Assembly (NCBI GenBank): GCA_907165135.1
Contig: OU015566.1
Location: forward strand, 12,834,001 to 12,898,000
Origin: Oikopleura dioica
Lineage: Eukaryota; Animalia; Chordata
Direction of reading: 5' to 3'
Length of the DNA stretch: 64,000 nt
In this document: positions 12,819-23,819 of the stretch, piece after piece
Numbering within the stretch: the stretch's first letter is position 1
Layout: each line of letters begins with the position of its first letter
Made by a program: the position numbers and the translations under genes
Notes under the pieces: model-generated
The model's database searches: none
Told to the model about the DNA's origin: nothing
What the model saw: the letters and a program-made list of their open reading frames with translations, nothing else

Positions 12819-14725
12819 TCAAGCAGTTGAATTTCCGCCGCTTTTAATAATCGGTGGCGACAGAGAAAGGTCGGAAAGTTTTTGGTTAAAAGAATCTTGA
12901 TTGTTTTCTGGGGTCGGTTGCGCGTGTTTGGGTTCTTGACTTGTTGTCGGAGCTTCTTCTGTGGTACTGGAGCTTGAGCCATCATTGTTGGCTGGTTTTT
13001 CATCTGTCGGACATGTTGACTTATCTTCGGGCTTTTTATCATTTTGTGGAGTTGTTTCGGAGTCTTTGACGACCTAGGCGAGTGTATAATTTGATGGATA
13101 ATTGAGAGAAGGATTACCTGTCGAATTTGGTTCGCTGGAAGAAGGAATGGCTCATCTGAACTTTCCCATTCATCCTTAAACGGCCTCGTTAGTTATCTTT
13201 TCCGGAACTCTCGCAAACCTTTAGAAGCAAATAGAGCTCCATCGTTGTCTTGGCATCTTCCAACGCGCTGTGGCTAGAAACTTGAATCTCGGCGTCCAAA
13301 TAAGTCTTCGCGGCCTTTTTTAATGAAATTTTCTTTCCTTTCTAAAATGGGATTTAGCTCAAATGTCAAAGCTGATTTCTTACCCATCGGAGAAATTGAC
13401 TAGTGTCGCGGATTCCTTGACTTGGAGGGCCAAAATGCTGGAGAACGCAAAGATCGTGTTCAATTGAGTGACCAACTAGGTATTTTCCTTGAATTATTTG
13501 ACGGACTTCGGCAAGGACTTGTGAAGCGAGTGGCTGAAAAAACGATAGAAGATGAGTTAGAAAAGATCGACTACCTGGTAGTCGAGATCGCCAGGCCTGA
13601 TTCCAGTGATCCAAGTTCTCAAATCTATGCTTGGTCGATCGAGTGTTCTGTCAATCGGAGGCGAGTATAGCTTCTTGAAATGTTTGACTGATAACTTTCC
13701 GGTTTGCGGAAGAAAGTCTGGGCGGCAGCGACGGTGATATACGGTGTTCAAGTTCGAGTCCACAATACCGACTTCAATCGGAAAATCGAGCATCACATGA
13801 TGTCCCCATTGCGGGTTGGCGATGCCAATCATTTCAAAGTCGATACAGAGCATGTTGTCAAGCGGTGCGTTTCGTGGAAACTGGCTAAAACCAGGAATAC
13901 ACATCAAAGATTAAAAACAACCATTCTTACCGCGGCCAGATGATCGTATCCATTGGTGGAACTCGCGCTGCTTGAATTTCTTTCGCCACGTCTTGATTGA
14001 TGCTGATCTGGCAAGGCGTTATCCCCTGAGAAGAGGCATTCTTGAGTCGTCGGTGAGCTCCATACTTTAGCAACATCGCCGCCATGTCTAGATTGTTGTC
14101 CGCCACGGCGAAATGAAGTGCTGTATTCCCCATGCGATTTTGAGCGTTTGGATCTAATCGCAAAGATAGAATAAAAGTTGATGACTTGAAAAGCTTACCT
14201 GCTCCTTCTTTCAGAAGAATTTCAGCGATTCGCGGATTCGAACAGAACATAATCGGCGTTTGCCCTGTTGGTAACGAGCGGAAGTTGACATCACTCATGC
14301 GCACCTTGATTAAGTAATAGACTTGGTCTTCCATGTTGTGTGCACACGCTGCTATCAGTTCTTCGCCAGCTGAAAGAAAGATAAGGTAGTAATTGATGGA
14401 AAGAAGATGTTGACTTACTTAACAGATAGTTCTGGGTCTGGTGGGGCAACTGGTGCTGTATTAAGTTGACATTGAAGTATTCAGGCATTCTTGTGGGGAT
14501 AGGCGCCCGGGCAGGATCAAATCGCTTCTCTTTTTTCGACATTCTGTTCCTTTCCTCCATCCTCGCATTCTTCAGCGTAGCAAATCCAGGTGGCCTCATC
14601 TTGTGTCTAATGTTTTGAGATTCTTTGTTCTCCTGTGCTGGAGACGTTCTAGAAGCTGCCTGTGGTTCACTGCTGCTTATAAGAATCGGAGGGGTGGGAG
14701 CGACTCCGGGCCCGCCGGAGCTCAT
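12819..14725 (-). CDS. Ankyrin-repeat + DEDDh 3'-5' exonuclease (REXO4/ISG20-like domain) fusion protein
   Basis: Ankyrin repeats (GQTPIMF, GNTALHFAV..MAAMLLKYGA) are followed by ExoI IDFEM, ExoII LVGHSIEHD and ExoIII HSALEDAKTTMELY (~13240-13280). Acidic low-complexity tail ends at TGA 12821-12819. Confidence 0.8.
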
Positions 14726-15009
14726 GGTTGGACGAAAAAGTCAATGAGTCCGAAAGAGCGAAAATGCTTATCCGATTGCCATGCTCTTAACGATCTTTGT
14801 TACTAATTGATTCAACGAACAATTTGTTTTCTGTCATTCCCTAACAGTAAGAGAATGCCGAGGCAGTTTATTAATGAACTGACGGTTTTGGGAGGCGAGT
14901 GAAGATCTCCCTCTGAAGTGAAAATGCGCTCGTGAACTTTTTTTTTGTTTCAATTCAAAAATTTGGTATAATTTGAACTTTAGTGGCAGTTGTGAAGTAA
15001 ATGGCAATT

Positions 15010-18000
15010 TTAATCGGAAGAAAGAGTGCTAAAAGAGCTTCTGGAAGTGTTGTATTCGGTGGTGTCAAGTGCTAGCAACAGCTCATAAAGCGGCAGTTGG
15101 AAAAGCGATGAGCTGACATCTAGTGTGTAGAGATTATCGCGAATCTTTATTGTGCAGTCTTTGGCTGCAAACATGGCCTTGATTTGCTCGACTTGGGCAG
15201 TGTTGAACATTGTGAAATCATCACCGAAGTCGAAGGTGATTGCCAGCTGCGGAGTTCGGCGCAGATTTGTTGGCAGGACTTTTATCGAACAGCCAGGAAT
15301 GTAGACGATTCCGCCCTGAATAGATGATAAATTCGACCCTCTGCTATCTGACTTACAGCATCGAGAAGCATGACTTTGTATGCTACGTTGAAGACATCGT
15401 GGGACATCTTCTCGAGGATCCTGCCCCGGTACCATATCTGCGATGAATGCAACTTGGCAGCTACGACGTCTCCTTTTTCAATCGATGGAGGCTTGTAGTC
15501 GTTATTTCGAGCAGCGAAATATGTCTCTTCCATATGATCTTGAAGAGCGAGGTACACTTCTTCTGTATGTTTGTGTCGAATGTGTACCTAGAAAGAGTTA
15601 ATTGCTTTACATAAAATCGCATCTAACCTGGGCTTGCCGAGAGTCGACGTAAAGCAAAATACAGTCGTTAACAATCGCTTCATTCGGAGCACTTGACCAG
15701 TGCGGTTGAACTAAAAATTCAAGGGTAGGGTTGATTATCATCAACTTATACTTACGAATTTTCTTAAGGTCCGCTCGAGGCTGGCAAGTATGCCAGAACG
15801 GCATCCCAATCAGATCTGTATCTTGGGACACTGGCTTCAAACTAAAACAGGAATTAAGACAGAAAATAGAAAACTAAGCTTACTGGAACCCATATTTCTT
15901 AAGATCGATTCTGAGAACAGGAAGCCCGTTTTTCTGACCCTCTACTTTGGCGATAACTCTATTGCGCTCGGTGCAAAATCTTCGAAGCTTCGCCCATTCA
16001 TATTCTTAAAAAAGTCAGCTCCGTAAAGAGGGAACTCTTTACCGTTAAAATGATCAGTATCGCAAAGCGTGACAGCGGAAGATTGTGCAGGAATCTTGAG
16101 CAACTCAGCCGATGGAATAATCATCGTCCCTCCAGACTTGATACTAAATCCATCGTCCACGCAAAAGAGAGCCTTCTTGGAGGCAGTCTGCACTCGACAG
16201 GGACCGTTTCGCGTGATAACAACACCGATGTGGTGAGGATTCTCGGGAGCTTCCTCTGCATTTTCCACGCAATTTGCGAGCGCGTCATCGAGGGCGCTGC
16301 GATCGTTGTTACACATGATATTCACCACCTAATTTGAACCGTTTACTATGCAAGAAATAATGGCTTTCTACCTTCTCTCCGTAGACTTCGGAAACACTAC
16401 ACATTGTGACGACGATTTCTTCTCCTTTTTTGAGAGTCTCAGACGCTATCCAACTTGTGAAGGTGAAAATTGGATCTTCAAACATCGGGTAAATGGGCGC
16501 TTCGTGACCAGCTCCAAAGCTTCCTACAACACAAATTATAAGCTTTCAAAGATTATTGAGCTTACTGAAGGATCCGATGAGCGACTCGGATAGGGAAAAT
16601 AGGTCGACAATTAGGATTTTCTTTCCGTTCATGACGGCAGTAGCGATGACTTTTGCGGAAAGATTGTTTGTTCCGTGCTTGACGACGAATTGCTTGAGGA
16701 TGTGGTCGACAAAATCTTCCTTGGCTTCGTCGTAGAAGCCATAGGTTGAGCTGAATATTATGAAGGGTCGATATTGTTGCTTTTCTTACCAATAAATAGC
16801 TTGAGCCGGGAACTTGATCACGAATGGCTTTGGCAGATGATGGACTAGATGCTCCGCCTGAATAAGTGACAAGGCGGTGTCAACGCAATGAACTTGGATC
16901 TGATGGCCATCATCAAGAACTCGCTCGACTTCTCCTCTCATGTAGCCGTCAGGAGTCATCGTCGCGACCGCGTCACCAACATTGAATTCTCGCAATGTAG
17001 GCATATCCAATGCACGAGCTTTGTAAGCTTCAAACTCGTCGTGGAAAGTATCGCGAAGACGGTAGTGCTCCTTTGTCTTTTTACGAATTGCAAAGGTTCG
17101 TGCGCATTGAGCTCTAATGACCTAAAGCAGGAATAAAAGTGGTTCTCATCGTTGATTTCACAAACCTGAACGTCCAAAAGAGCTCCCACTAAAATTGGCT
17201 CACTCGCATAAACAGATTTGCGTCCGGTAAAGTCCATTTCCATTCTCATTGTATCATTCAATAACTTTCCTTCTGAATAAATCTCCACTGAGAAAACTCC
17301 TTCTTCAATTTCGTCGATAAATTTGGCAGTGAATTCGCCTTCGCTCAATCTAGCGACAACTCTGAGCCGTTCCACGCGTAGATCAGGGTTAAGAAGCTTG
17401 CACGAAATCGTGCGCTTTCTCATTTCGACGAAGCGATCTTCAAGTTTGACCATTTGGTCCACATTGATTCTGCGCAGCTGATCTGAGTGGTCAAGAAGTT
17501 CTACTTCTGCGTTCTGGGACGTGATTTTTTCAACGACGCGGCATCGAACCCAGCCGAAGAATGGAATATTGGCGCCGACGATGAAGTTGTGTGCGTTGCC
17601 GGAAAGTGACGTCACAGAAGGAGCATTCTCACAAGCTTCGGACAGCTGCGACTTGAAGAGTTGAAACTCTTCGACCTCATCTTCCAAGTAGAGGAAGAAC
17701 TTGTCATCGATGGTATGATTTTCAATTTTTACCTGAAAACGTTGAATATAGTCTATATTATATAGAGTAGAGTAGGAATGTAAAATTACCTTCAACATCT
17801 GCTCGTTGCGGCTGAGCTCATCAACGTTCCTCTCTTGAGTTTTAATTTCCTGGTACTTGTTGAAAATCTCCGGCGAGATCTGATACTCGCAATACTTGTC
17901 AAAATCGCAAGTCCCTTCGTAGATCAAATTCTGCGCACATTGTTTCACCGCTATTATGTTTAGCGTTATGTATTTTCCGACCAACGCTTCAACATTTGAT

Positions 18001-18491
18001 GATCGATCACAAATCGGAATCTGCACGCTGACGAATAATGGCGGTATGTTCATCACCTCTCTTGGCAGTTCCGCCACGAATTCGTCAAGAAGAATTTCAC
18101 GACTTCCAAGATCCAAGTATCGGACTTCGTATTTGCAAGAGAACTCGTAGTTCAAGTCCCGAAATGGATAAACTTCTTCCACCACAGCTCTACACCAGCG
18201 TTTGCCCATCTTCGCAGCCACATAGTCGCCGACGAAGAATTCTTGAATGACGTTGTTTGTCGCGCCTAATTTCGTGTTTAGCGTCTCGTGGATGTCTTCG
18301 AACTCGTTTTGCTTCGATAGTGGAATTCCTTTGAGCAACACGGATCCCGTCTGTCTGCAAACTTCTTTCAGACAAATTTGCTGCTCGCCAAGACGAAGAC
18401 AGACGATCGTCTTTTTCGTCGGTAGCTCAATCATCGGATTCCCATTGTTGAGGATGTTGATCGTGTGTGGCTGGTTTGAGCAGCATGGGAG
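15010..18491 (-). CDS. Multi-Tudor domain protein, 3' portion (TDRD/tudor-like)
   Basis: Extended Tudor motifs include GDYVAAKMGKRWCRAVV..YEVRYLDLG, GWVRCRVV..VELLDH, GDAVAT..RGEV..VHCVDT and GDVVAAK..WYRGRI. The exon opens at a phase-0 acceptor (tttgtag, 18492-18493). Confidence 0.88.
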
Positions 18492-18709
18492 CTACAAAAC
18501 TTGATAAGGACTGCGTCAGAGACTGATATAATTTTCTCCGTGAATAGGCGCTGTTCTCAACCCTCTATATATATAAAAAATCACTCATTATAGGATACCT
18601 TTCATCTAATAAATGAATTTTATAGCTGAAAATATTCAAGCAAAAGCTGGTACGATATTAAAAAAAAGTAAATACGTGCTGAAAATCAAGAGAACCGACT
18701 CCAGTACTA

Positions 18710-20437
18710 ATGGAGCTTTGGCATCTAGGGAACTGTGCTCTTGCGACTGCTATAGATTGTCGCAATGCATTTGGAACTGTTCCCCACAGCTCTATTATTA
18801 GATTACTTGCTAAATTTGCAAGGGGAAGTGCGCTTCAGCTCCTAAGTGAATCACTTGGTAGGAATGTAAAAGTGGTACAAAGAGGCTTCCCATCCCAAGT
18901 CAATCCCCTCCTCCCCTATGGAATCCCCCAAGGGGGAATTCTTGCCCCTGTGATCTTCTCACTCTATGTCAGCCAACTAATGGACGTTCTAGGTGAACTT
19001 CCGGAGGGCACAAAGATGTCTATCTTCGCTGACGATCAACTTATTGTCATCACAGGAAGAAACCATGAAGAATTGGTTCTCAAAGCAAATATGGCACTGG
19101 ATGTTATCGTGGGGATGGTCTCGAAGCTTGGAATGTCATTAGTTGCGCGGAAAACTGTATGCTGTCTCTTTGGTAAGCAATACAAAGGTGCAACCCTGGC
19201 TGACCTTCCCAAAATAACCATAGATGGAACCCTTATACCATACTCAAAGAACATGAAATATCTGGGCTCATTCCTTGGGTCTAGGGATGGAGCCTTGAAC
19301 TTTGAATACAATAACCAAATATTACTCGGTAAATGTAGGGGTATAGTAAATAGGATCTTTGGCCTGTCTCAGTTTATTGTAAAAAAGGAAAATGCAGAGC
19401 TACTAAGAAGCTCCCTTCTTGGTACTATCCAACATAATTTCGCCTTCCTCCCCCTATGGAACAAGAATGAGTTCTGTAAATTCCAGAACATATTTCACAC
19501 GGGTCTAACCAATTCGCTAAGCAAGGCCTGGTGGATGACTCTGATCAATCGTAAAAATAATGAAGACTATGCCAAGATTAGATCGGATGAAATTGCGGAT
19601 GTCCTTGATAAGTATGGAATCATGTCGATGTACCAAATTAAACTGTCCCTTTTTGCGAAAAGTATATGGAAATGTCTAATTTGGAGGAGGAGTAATGCAC
19701 AGAGAAATCTCCTCTTCAATGCTATTAAATTTTTCTATGTGGACTCTGGTAGGCCGCTATGTAAGATACCAGACTTCCTAACGTTCTCCAGACTCAATAC
19801 AAAAATTAAACAAATGAATGAGATCTTTGGTGAAAATATCTCATTACTAGATGTTCACTATGATCTAACTGTTCTTAAGAAAGTCTTTGATAAACTACTT
19901 AGCACAAATCTCATAGAAATCAAACTAGTTAAACACAGGAACAGAAACTCAGCTGAGGCAAAAAAGTGTTGGCCCTGGTTCATGGAGCCACATTTTAATC
20001 AGCTCCCCCAAATAGTTAGAAACTCAATCCTTGATAAAAACTTTGATAATATCCTCTCTAGGGAACTTAAAAAGATGCACCCCCACCCTGAGCCCTCAAC
20101 ATCCTGCATAAACTGTAAATCTAATGTGGAAAAGATCCCGTTAAGTGTGAGAGCACAGACGGAACTTAGAACTGACTCGGAATTAATTAAATGGCTAAGA
20201 GGCTTTGAATTCAAAGAACAGCAAATAAGCAAGGAAGAGAACAAAATTCTAGGAACAATTAGGGAGGTGCTCTGGGATGAGATTGAGCATCAAAGTCCTA
20301 TTTCCGCTGCCCTTGGGGATTTTGCACTCATACTTATGAAAGGCTCTGCCCTCAGCTCTGACTTAGTCATTAATAAACTCCTAGAAATTACCAATGCAGA
20401 TCAGCTCCTCAGCCAAACCCCAACAATCTTTGATTAG
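18710..20437 (+). CDS. Non-LTR retrotransposon-type reverse transcriptase, 5'-truncated/degenerate
   Basis: RT3 AIDCRNAFGTVPH, RT4 GIPQGGILAPVIFSLYV, RT5 FADD and RT7 KYLG are present, with a downstream HxH..CxxC. No endonuclease domain lies upstream. Confidence 0.92.
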   Translation: MELWHLGNCALATAIDCRNAFGTVPHSSIIRLLAKFARGSALQLLSESLGRNVKVVQRGFPSQVNPLLPYGIPQGGILAPVIFSLYVSQLMDVLGELPEGTKMSIFADDQLIVITGRNHEELVLKANMALDVIVGMVSKLGMSLVARKTVCCLFGKQYKGATLADLPKITIDGTLIPYSKNMKYLGSFLGSRDGALNFEYNNQILLGKCRGIVNRIFGLSQFIVKKENAELLRSSLLGTIQHNFAFLPLWNKNEFCKFQNIFHTGLTNSLSKAWWMTLINRKNNEDYAKIRSDEIADVLDKYGIMSMYQIKLSLFAKSIWKCLIWRRSNAQRNLLFNAIKFFYVDSGRPLCKIPDFLTFSRLNTKIKQMNEIFGENISLLDVHYDLTVLKKVFDKLLSTNLIEIKLVKHRNRNSAEAKKCWPWFMEPHFNQLPQIVRNSILDKNFDNILSRELKKMHPHPEPSTSCINCKSNVEKIPLSVRAQTELRTDSELIKWLRGFEFKEQQISKEENKILGTIREVLWDEIEHQSPISAALGDFALILMKGSALSSDLVINKLLEITNADQLLSQTPTIFD

Positions 20438-20488
20438 AATTTTGACGTTTTCCTAGGTGCGGTATGCTCTGAAACCATCCTTGAAGCA

Positions 20489-21403
20489 GTGGACAACCTC
20501 AGAGACCCTCACACCATTGATAGGCTACTGCTAATTGAAGTGGACAGCAGATCCATCTACTTTGTCAATGAACTCATGGAAAAAACAGGAACTTGGTTGA
20601 CCCTCCAAGCCTCTTTCAAAATTATCCCAAGCTCGATTGGTAAACTCCTTGAGCCTGAGCGATGGAACAATTACCATGATGAAATTGAAGAGCTTGGGAA
20701 AGGAATCCTGAATCTCTTTGGAGAAGAGCACTGGAAACAATTCAGAAAAATGCTTAGCGAGACGCCTAAGAATGACGATCCTTGGTCCTGGATTCTGCCA
20801 AAGGAATGCTCTCTCCTTCCCACTGCGCTCTGGCTAGTTAAACATATTCAAGCGAAAAACGCTCTGGACGACCTTCATGGCAATGAAACCTGGTTTCCGC
20901 TCAACATTGGAGCAAGTGAAAATCTATGTATCTACGAACCAGCACCTAGCCCGTCTCTCGCTCCTGAAATTCAGTTGAAACTTGGATCCGAGCTGATAAT
21001 CCAACTGAATGCTCTCATGGCAAAGGGTGGTCGTTTTTCCATGGACAGCTGGGGCAATAAAAAGCTTCATATACCGCGCAGAATTGGCAGCTTCCTTGGC
21101 TGTCTCACCCTCAAAGTCCTTCACTACAAGAAGATCTCTGAGCTTGATGACTCCTTGCAATCTGAACTTGTCAAGATGGCTGAGCATAGAAACAAAGGCT
21201 ACATCTCGTCAAGAGGACAGTTCTGCAATGACATCATTGCACACAGGAACACGTTGGATCTGCTTATTAGCAATGGGCTCTACTCAAACTGCCAAGCACT
21301 TCTTAACAACATCTTTGCAGCTCTTGTAACCCCAGCAGGGCCGCCAGAGCTTGTCTGTGAAATCTGCAACGTCATGAAATTAGTCAAAACTAATTCTCCC
21401 TAA
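20489..21403 (+). CDS. Island ORF2, orphan; same frame as RT and separated from it by a single TAG
   Basis: Frame is open from 20438 to 21403; C-terminal CEIC; no recognised domain. Confidence 0.65.
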   Translation: MDNLRDPHTIDRLLLIEVDSRSIYFVNELMEKTGTWLTLQASFKIIPSSIGKLLEPERWNNYHDEIEELGKGILNLFGEEHWKQFRKMLSETPKNDDPWSWILPKECSLLPTALWLVKHIQAKNALDDLHGNETWFPLNIGASENLCIYEPAPSPSLAPEIQLKLGSELIIQLNALMAKGGRFSMDSWGNKKLHIPRRIGSFLGCLTLKVLHYKKISELDDSLQSELVKMAEHRNKGYISSRGQFCNDIIAHRNTLDLLISNGLYSNCQALLNNIFAALVTPAGPPELVCEICNVMKLVKTNSP

Positions 21404-21542
21404 CCCCTATCTAAATGACACTGTATACACATGAGTTTAATGATTCTCCCTGCCAGTAATATATGATCTGGGTTTTTTAGACCAGAATAGACAATCCCTG
21501 GATTAACAATCTTTTTTTCCTAGATAAGCCTGGAATCGGAGT

Positions 21543-23306
21543 ATGAAGATTTACAAAGGATGGAATGCAAATGCCATGGATCGCCCAGCCGCCACAAACA
21601 AGGCCACAAAGCTTGGATTCTGGCTTTCCAACACGGCAGCGACCATTGTCCAACCAAACCTTCATGCAGCCTTGGCTGCCATCAATGAAAAGCTTAGCAA
21701 AATCCGCCTAGCAGCGGGTCCCCTGGGACTTGACTACCATGTTTCGCACCCCAAGGCTGGTATTATCTTCCAACTCAAAGTGGGAGACTGGATAGAAGAA
21801 GCGATCAATGATGACATTCCCCCGGCGCTGGTTGACTCGTTAGCGATAGTCACAGAGCAGTTCGAGACAATTTATTTTCTCAGTTCCACAGCAGTGCTTA
21901 TGGGAGCGCTTGATGACATAGTACCGCCGAGAGCAAATGCTGGGGATGACCCGGGGAAGATGCTGATCCCTTCTGGAATCTACCTTGCTGAGGAGCTAAT
22001 CAATGATCAGAATCTTACCACACAATCTATGGAAGAAGAAATCAATGATAGCAACTCAATAATACTGAGCATTCTCAAGAACTCTGGAAGAGATGCGGTT
22101 AAGTCCTGGTTCTCCAAATACAATGCAGGCCCCATTCCTTTTGAGGCTGATGAACTGCTTGCTGAATGGTTCAAACCTGAACCCCTGAATTGCACGGACC
22201 TCAGAGCTATCGTCCAAGCCATAACCAAGTCGAACGTATGTCTGCTTGATGGACCCTTCAAAAGACCAGCTGGTGCACCAATCTGGTCTGTGCCAACTGG
22301 ACTAACACTGCCTCATATTCTTCACCACCCCTCCCCCTTGGTAGCCCCAAACCAGGATATCCTTGACGTAGCCGTACAATCCAACTCTCTGACTAAACTA
22401 ACGACCAAGGTTACCAACCCAATGCTTCTTTCTCCTCTTCTCCTCTCGTACTACACCTCAAATCGGCATGTATTGGAACTTGGACTCATTGCCAGTGAGG
22501 ACTATGTGAATACAGTTGGCAGATTGCTTAAAATCAAAGCTGGACTGATTCATGCAAAACTTAAAGCATGCCTGGTGTTTAACCGGTTTATCCGAAACTG
22601 TGGTGAACCTCTCAGTGGAGCCATCCCGACTGGAAAAGCTCTGGACACAATAACAGAGTCAATGCTAAAAAGACCGGCAAATGAACTCAGAATCGCAAGG
22701 CAGAACTGTGTATCAAATGATGCAATGTTCCTGAAGCCCAAGAGACTTGCCATTGCACTAGCGCAAAACAACATCACGAGAACCACCTGGGAAGAAGTGC
22801 TCATGGAAGTCTATGGAGCCAACCCTGCTATCATTGACCAAGTCAAAGCTCAGCTTCGCACGGAGCACTACCCCTGCTTTGAAGAATGGTTCACTAAGAA
22901 GCTAACCCTGGAGAAGTGGGAACCTGGTGAAGCACAGATACTGAAGCACGACATCAATGGAGCCCTCTTCCAGTTACTAACGGAATCCAATGAAGTATGG
23001 GCGACCAATGACCTGCTGGAAAGGGCAATTCTCAGAATCACGGGAGCCTCAGGCATAGCGGCAAGTGTTACTGAGGAAATAACTCTTCTAGCGGAGAGAA
23101 GGCGTGGATCCGCTAGATCCATCAACCCTCCCGAACTCTCACTAATTCCTGGTTCATCCAACATGGACAGTGACCCTGATGAATCCGACAATGGCAAAAC
23201 GCCTCCTCCAAAGAAACGCAAGATCAACCCCTGCTCGGCGGGAAAGACACCAATGAAGCTAAACCAATACCAGGATTCTGAAGAAGATGATGATGACCCC
23301 CGCTAA
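21543..23306 (+). CDS. Island ORF3, 587-aa orphan with C-terminal NLS-like PPPKKRK and acidic tail
   Basis: Intronless ORF; the ATG lies 19 nt after a ttttttcctag acceptor. Confidence 0.8.
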   Translation: MKIYKGWNANAMDRPAATNKATKLGFWLSNTAATIVQPNLHAALAAINEKLSKIRLAAGPLGLDYHVSHPKAGIIFQLKVGDWIEEAINDDIPPALVDSLAIVTEQFETIYFLSSTAVLMGALDDIVPPRANAGDDPGKMLIPSGIYLAEELINDQNLTTQSMEEEINDSNSIILSILKNSGRDAVKSWFSKYNAGPIPFEADELLAEWFKPEPLNCTDLRAIVQAITKSNVCLLDGPFKRPAGAPIWSVPTGLTLPHILHHPSPLVAPNQDILDVAVQSNSLTKLTTKVTNPMLLSPLLLSYYTSNRHVLELGLIASEDYVNTVGRLLKIKAGLIHAKLKACLVFNRFIRNCGEPLSGAIPTGKALDTITESMLKRPANELRIARQNCVSNDAMFLKPKRLAIALAQNNITRTTWEEVLMEVYGANPAIIDQVKAQLRTEHYPCFEEWFTKKLTLEKWEPGEAQILKHDINGALFQLLTESNEVWATNDLLERAILRITGASGIAASVTEEITLLAERRRGSARSINPPELSLIPGSSNMDSDPDESDNGKTPPPKKRKINPCSAGKTPMKLNQYQDSEEDDDDPR

Positions 23307-23819
23307 TCTCTGACACTGCTGCAGGCGACTCCAATCCAATTGGATAATTTTCCCTCATTGCCTAAACCATTAAAACAATGTCTACTCCTGCTCCTGCTCT
23401 CTCAGCTAACTATTTCTCAAACAACTCTAAACTCTATGACTCTTTCCCTTCATGGCTCCCTTGCCTCAGCTATGAATTCAGAAGTACTAGAGAACTCCTT
23501 GAACTAGAAAAACTCAGTTAATATCAATTACCCTACTCTCTCAGACTCTCTTATCTGCTCAGAAGCAGAAAATTCACCATAGTACTGCTCTCTGTACATC
23601 GGCTACCCAGTCAGTTTCAATCTCTCCCCTCGATCTTCCCTGCTACCTTGAAACTGGAAAACTCCCTGCAACAATACCAGTGAAGTTGCACTGCCAACCC
23701 AGTCCTTAGAAAATCACAACTCTGATGCTTGTACTTTTTGCAATGCGCCAATAGCTAAAGCCCAATAAATAGACTGCCCGAGAATAATCACTTTCTTCCT
23801 AGAACTTGAACTGCTTGGA

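Noticed and set aside
18595-18612. Alternative genetic code (TAA/TAG readthrough as Gln) to explain the stops in the island
   Set aside because: The long island ORFs and the spliced gene terminate normally at TAA/TAG, and a frameshift is also needed, so decay is the simpler explanation.
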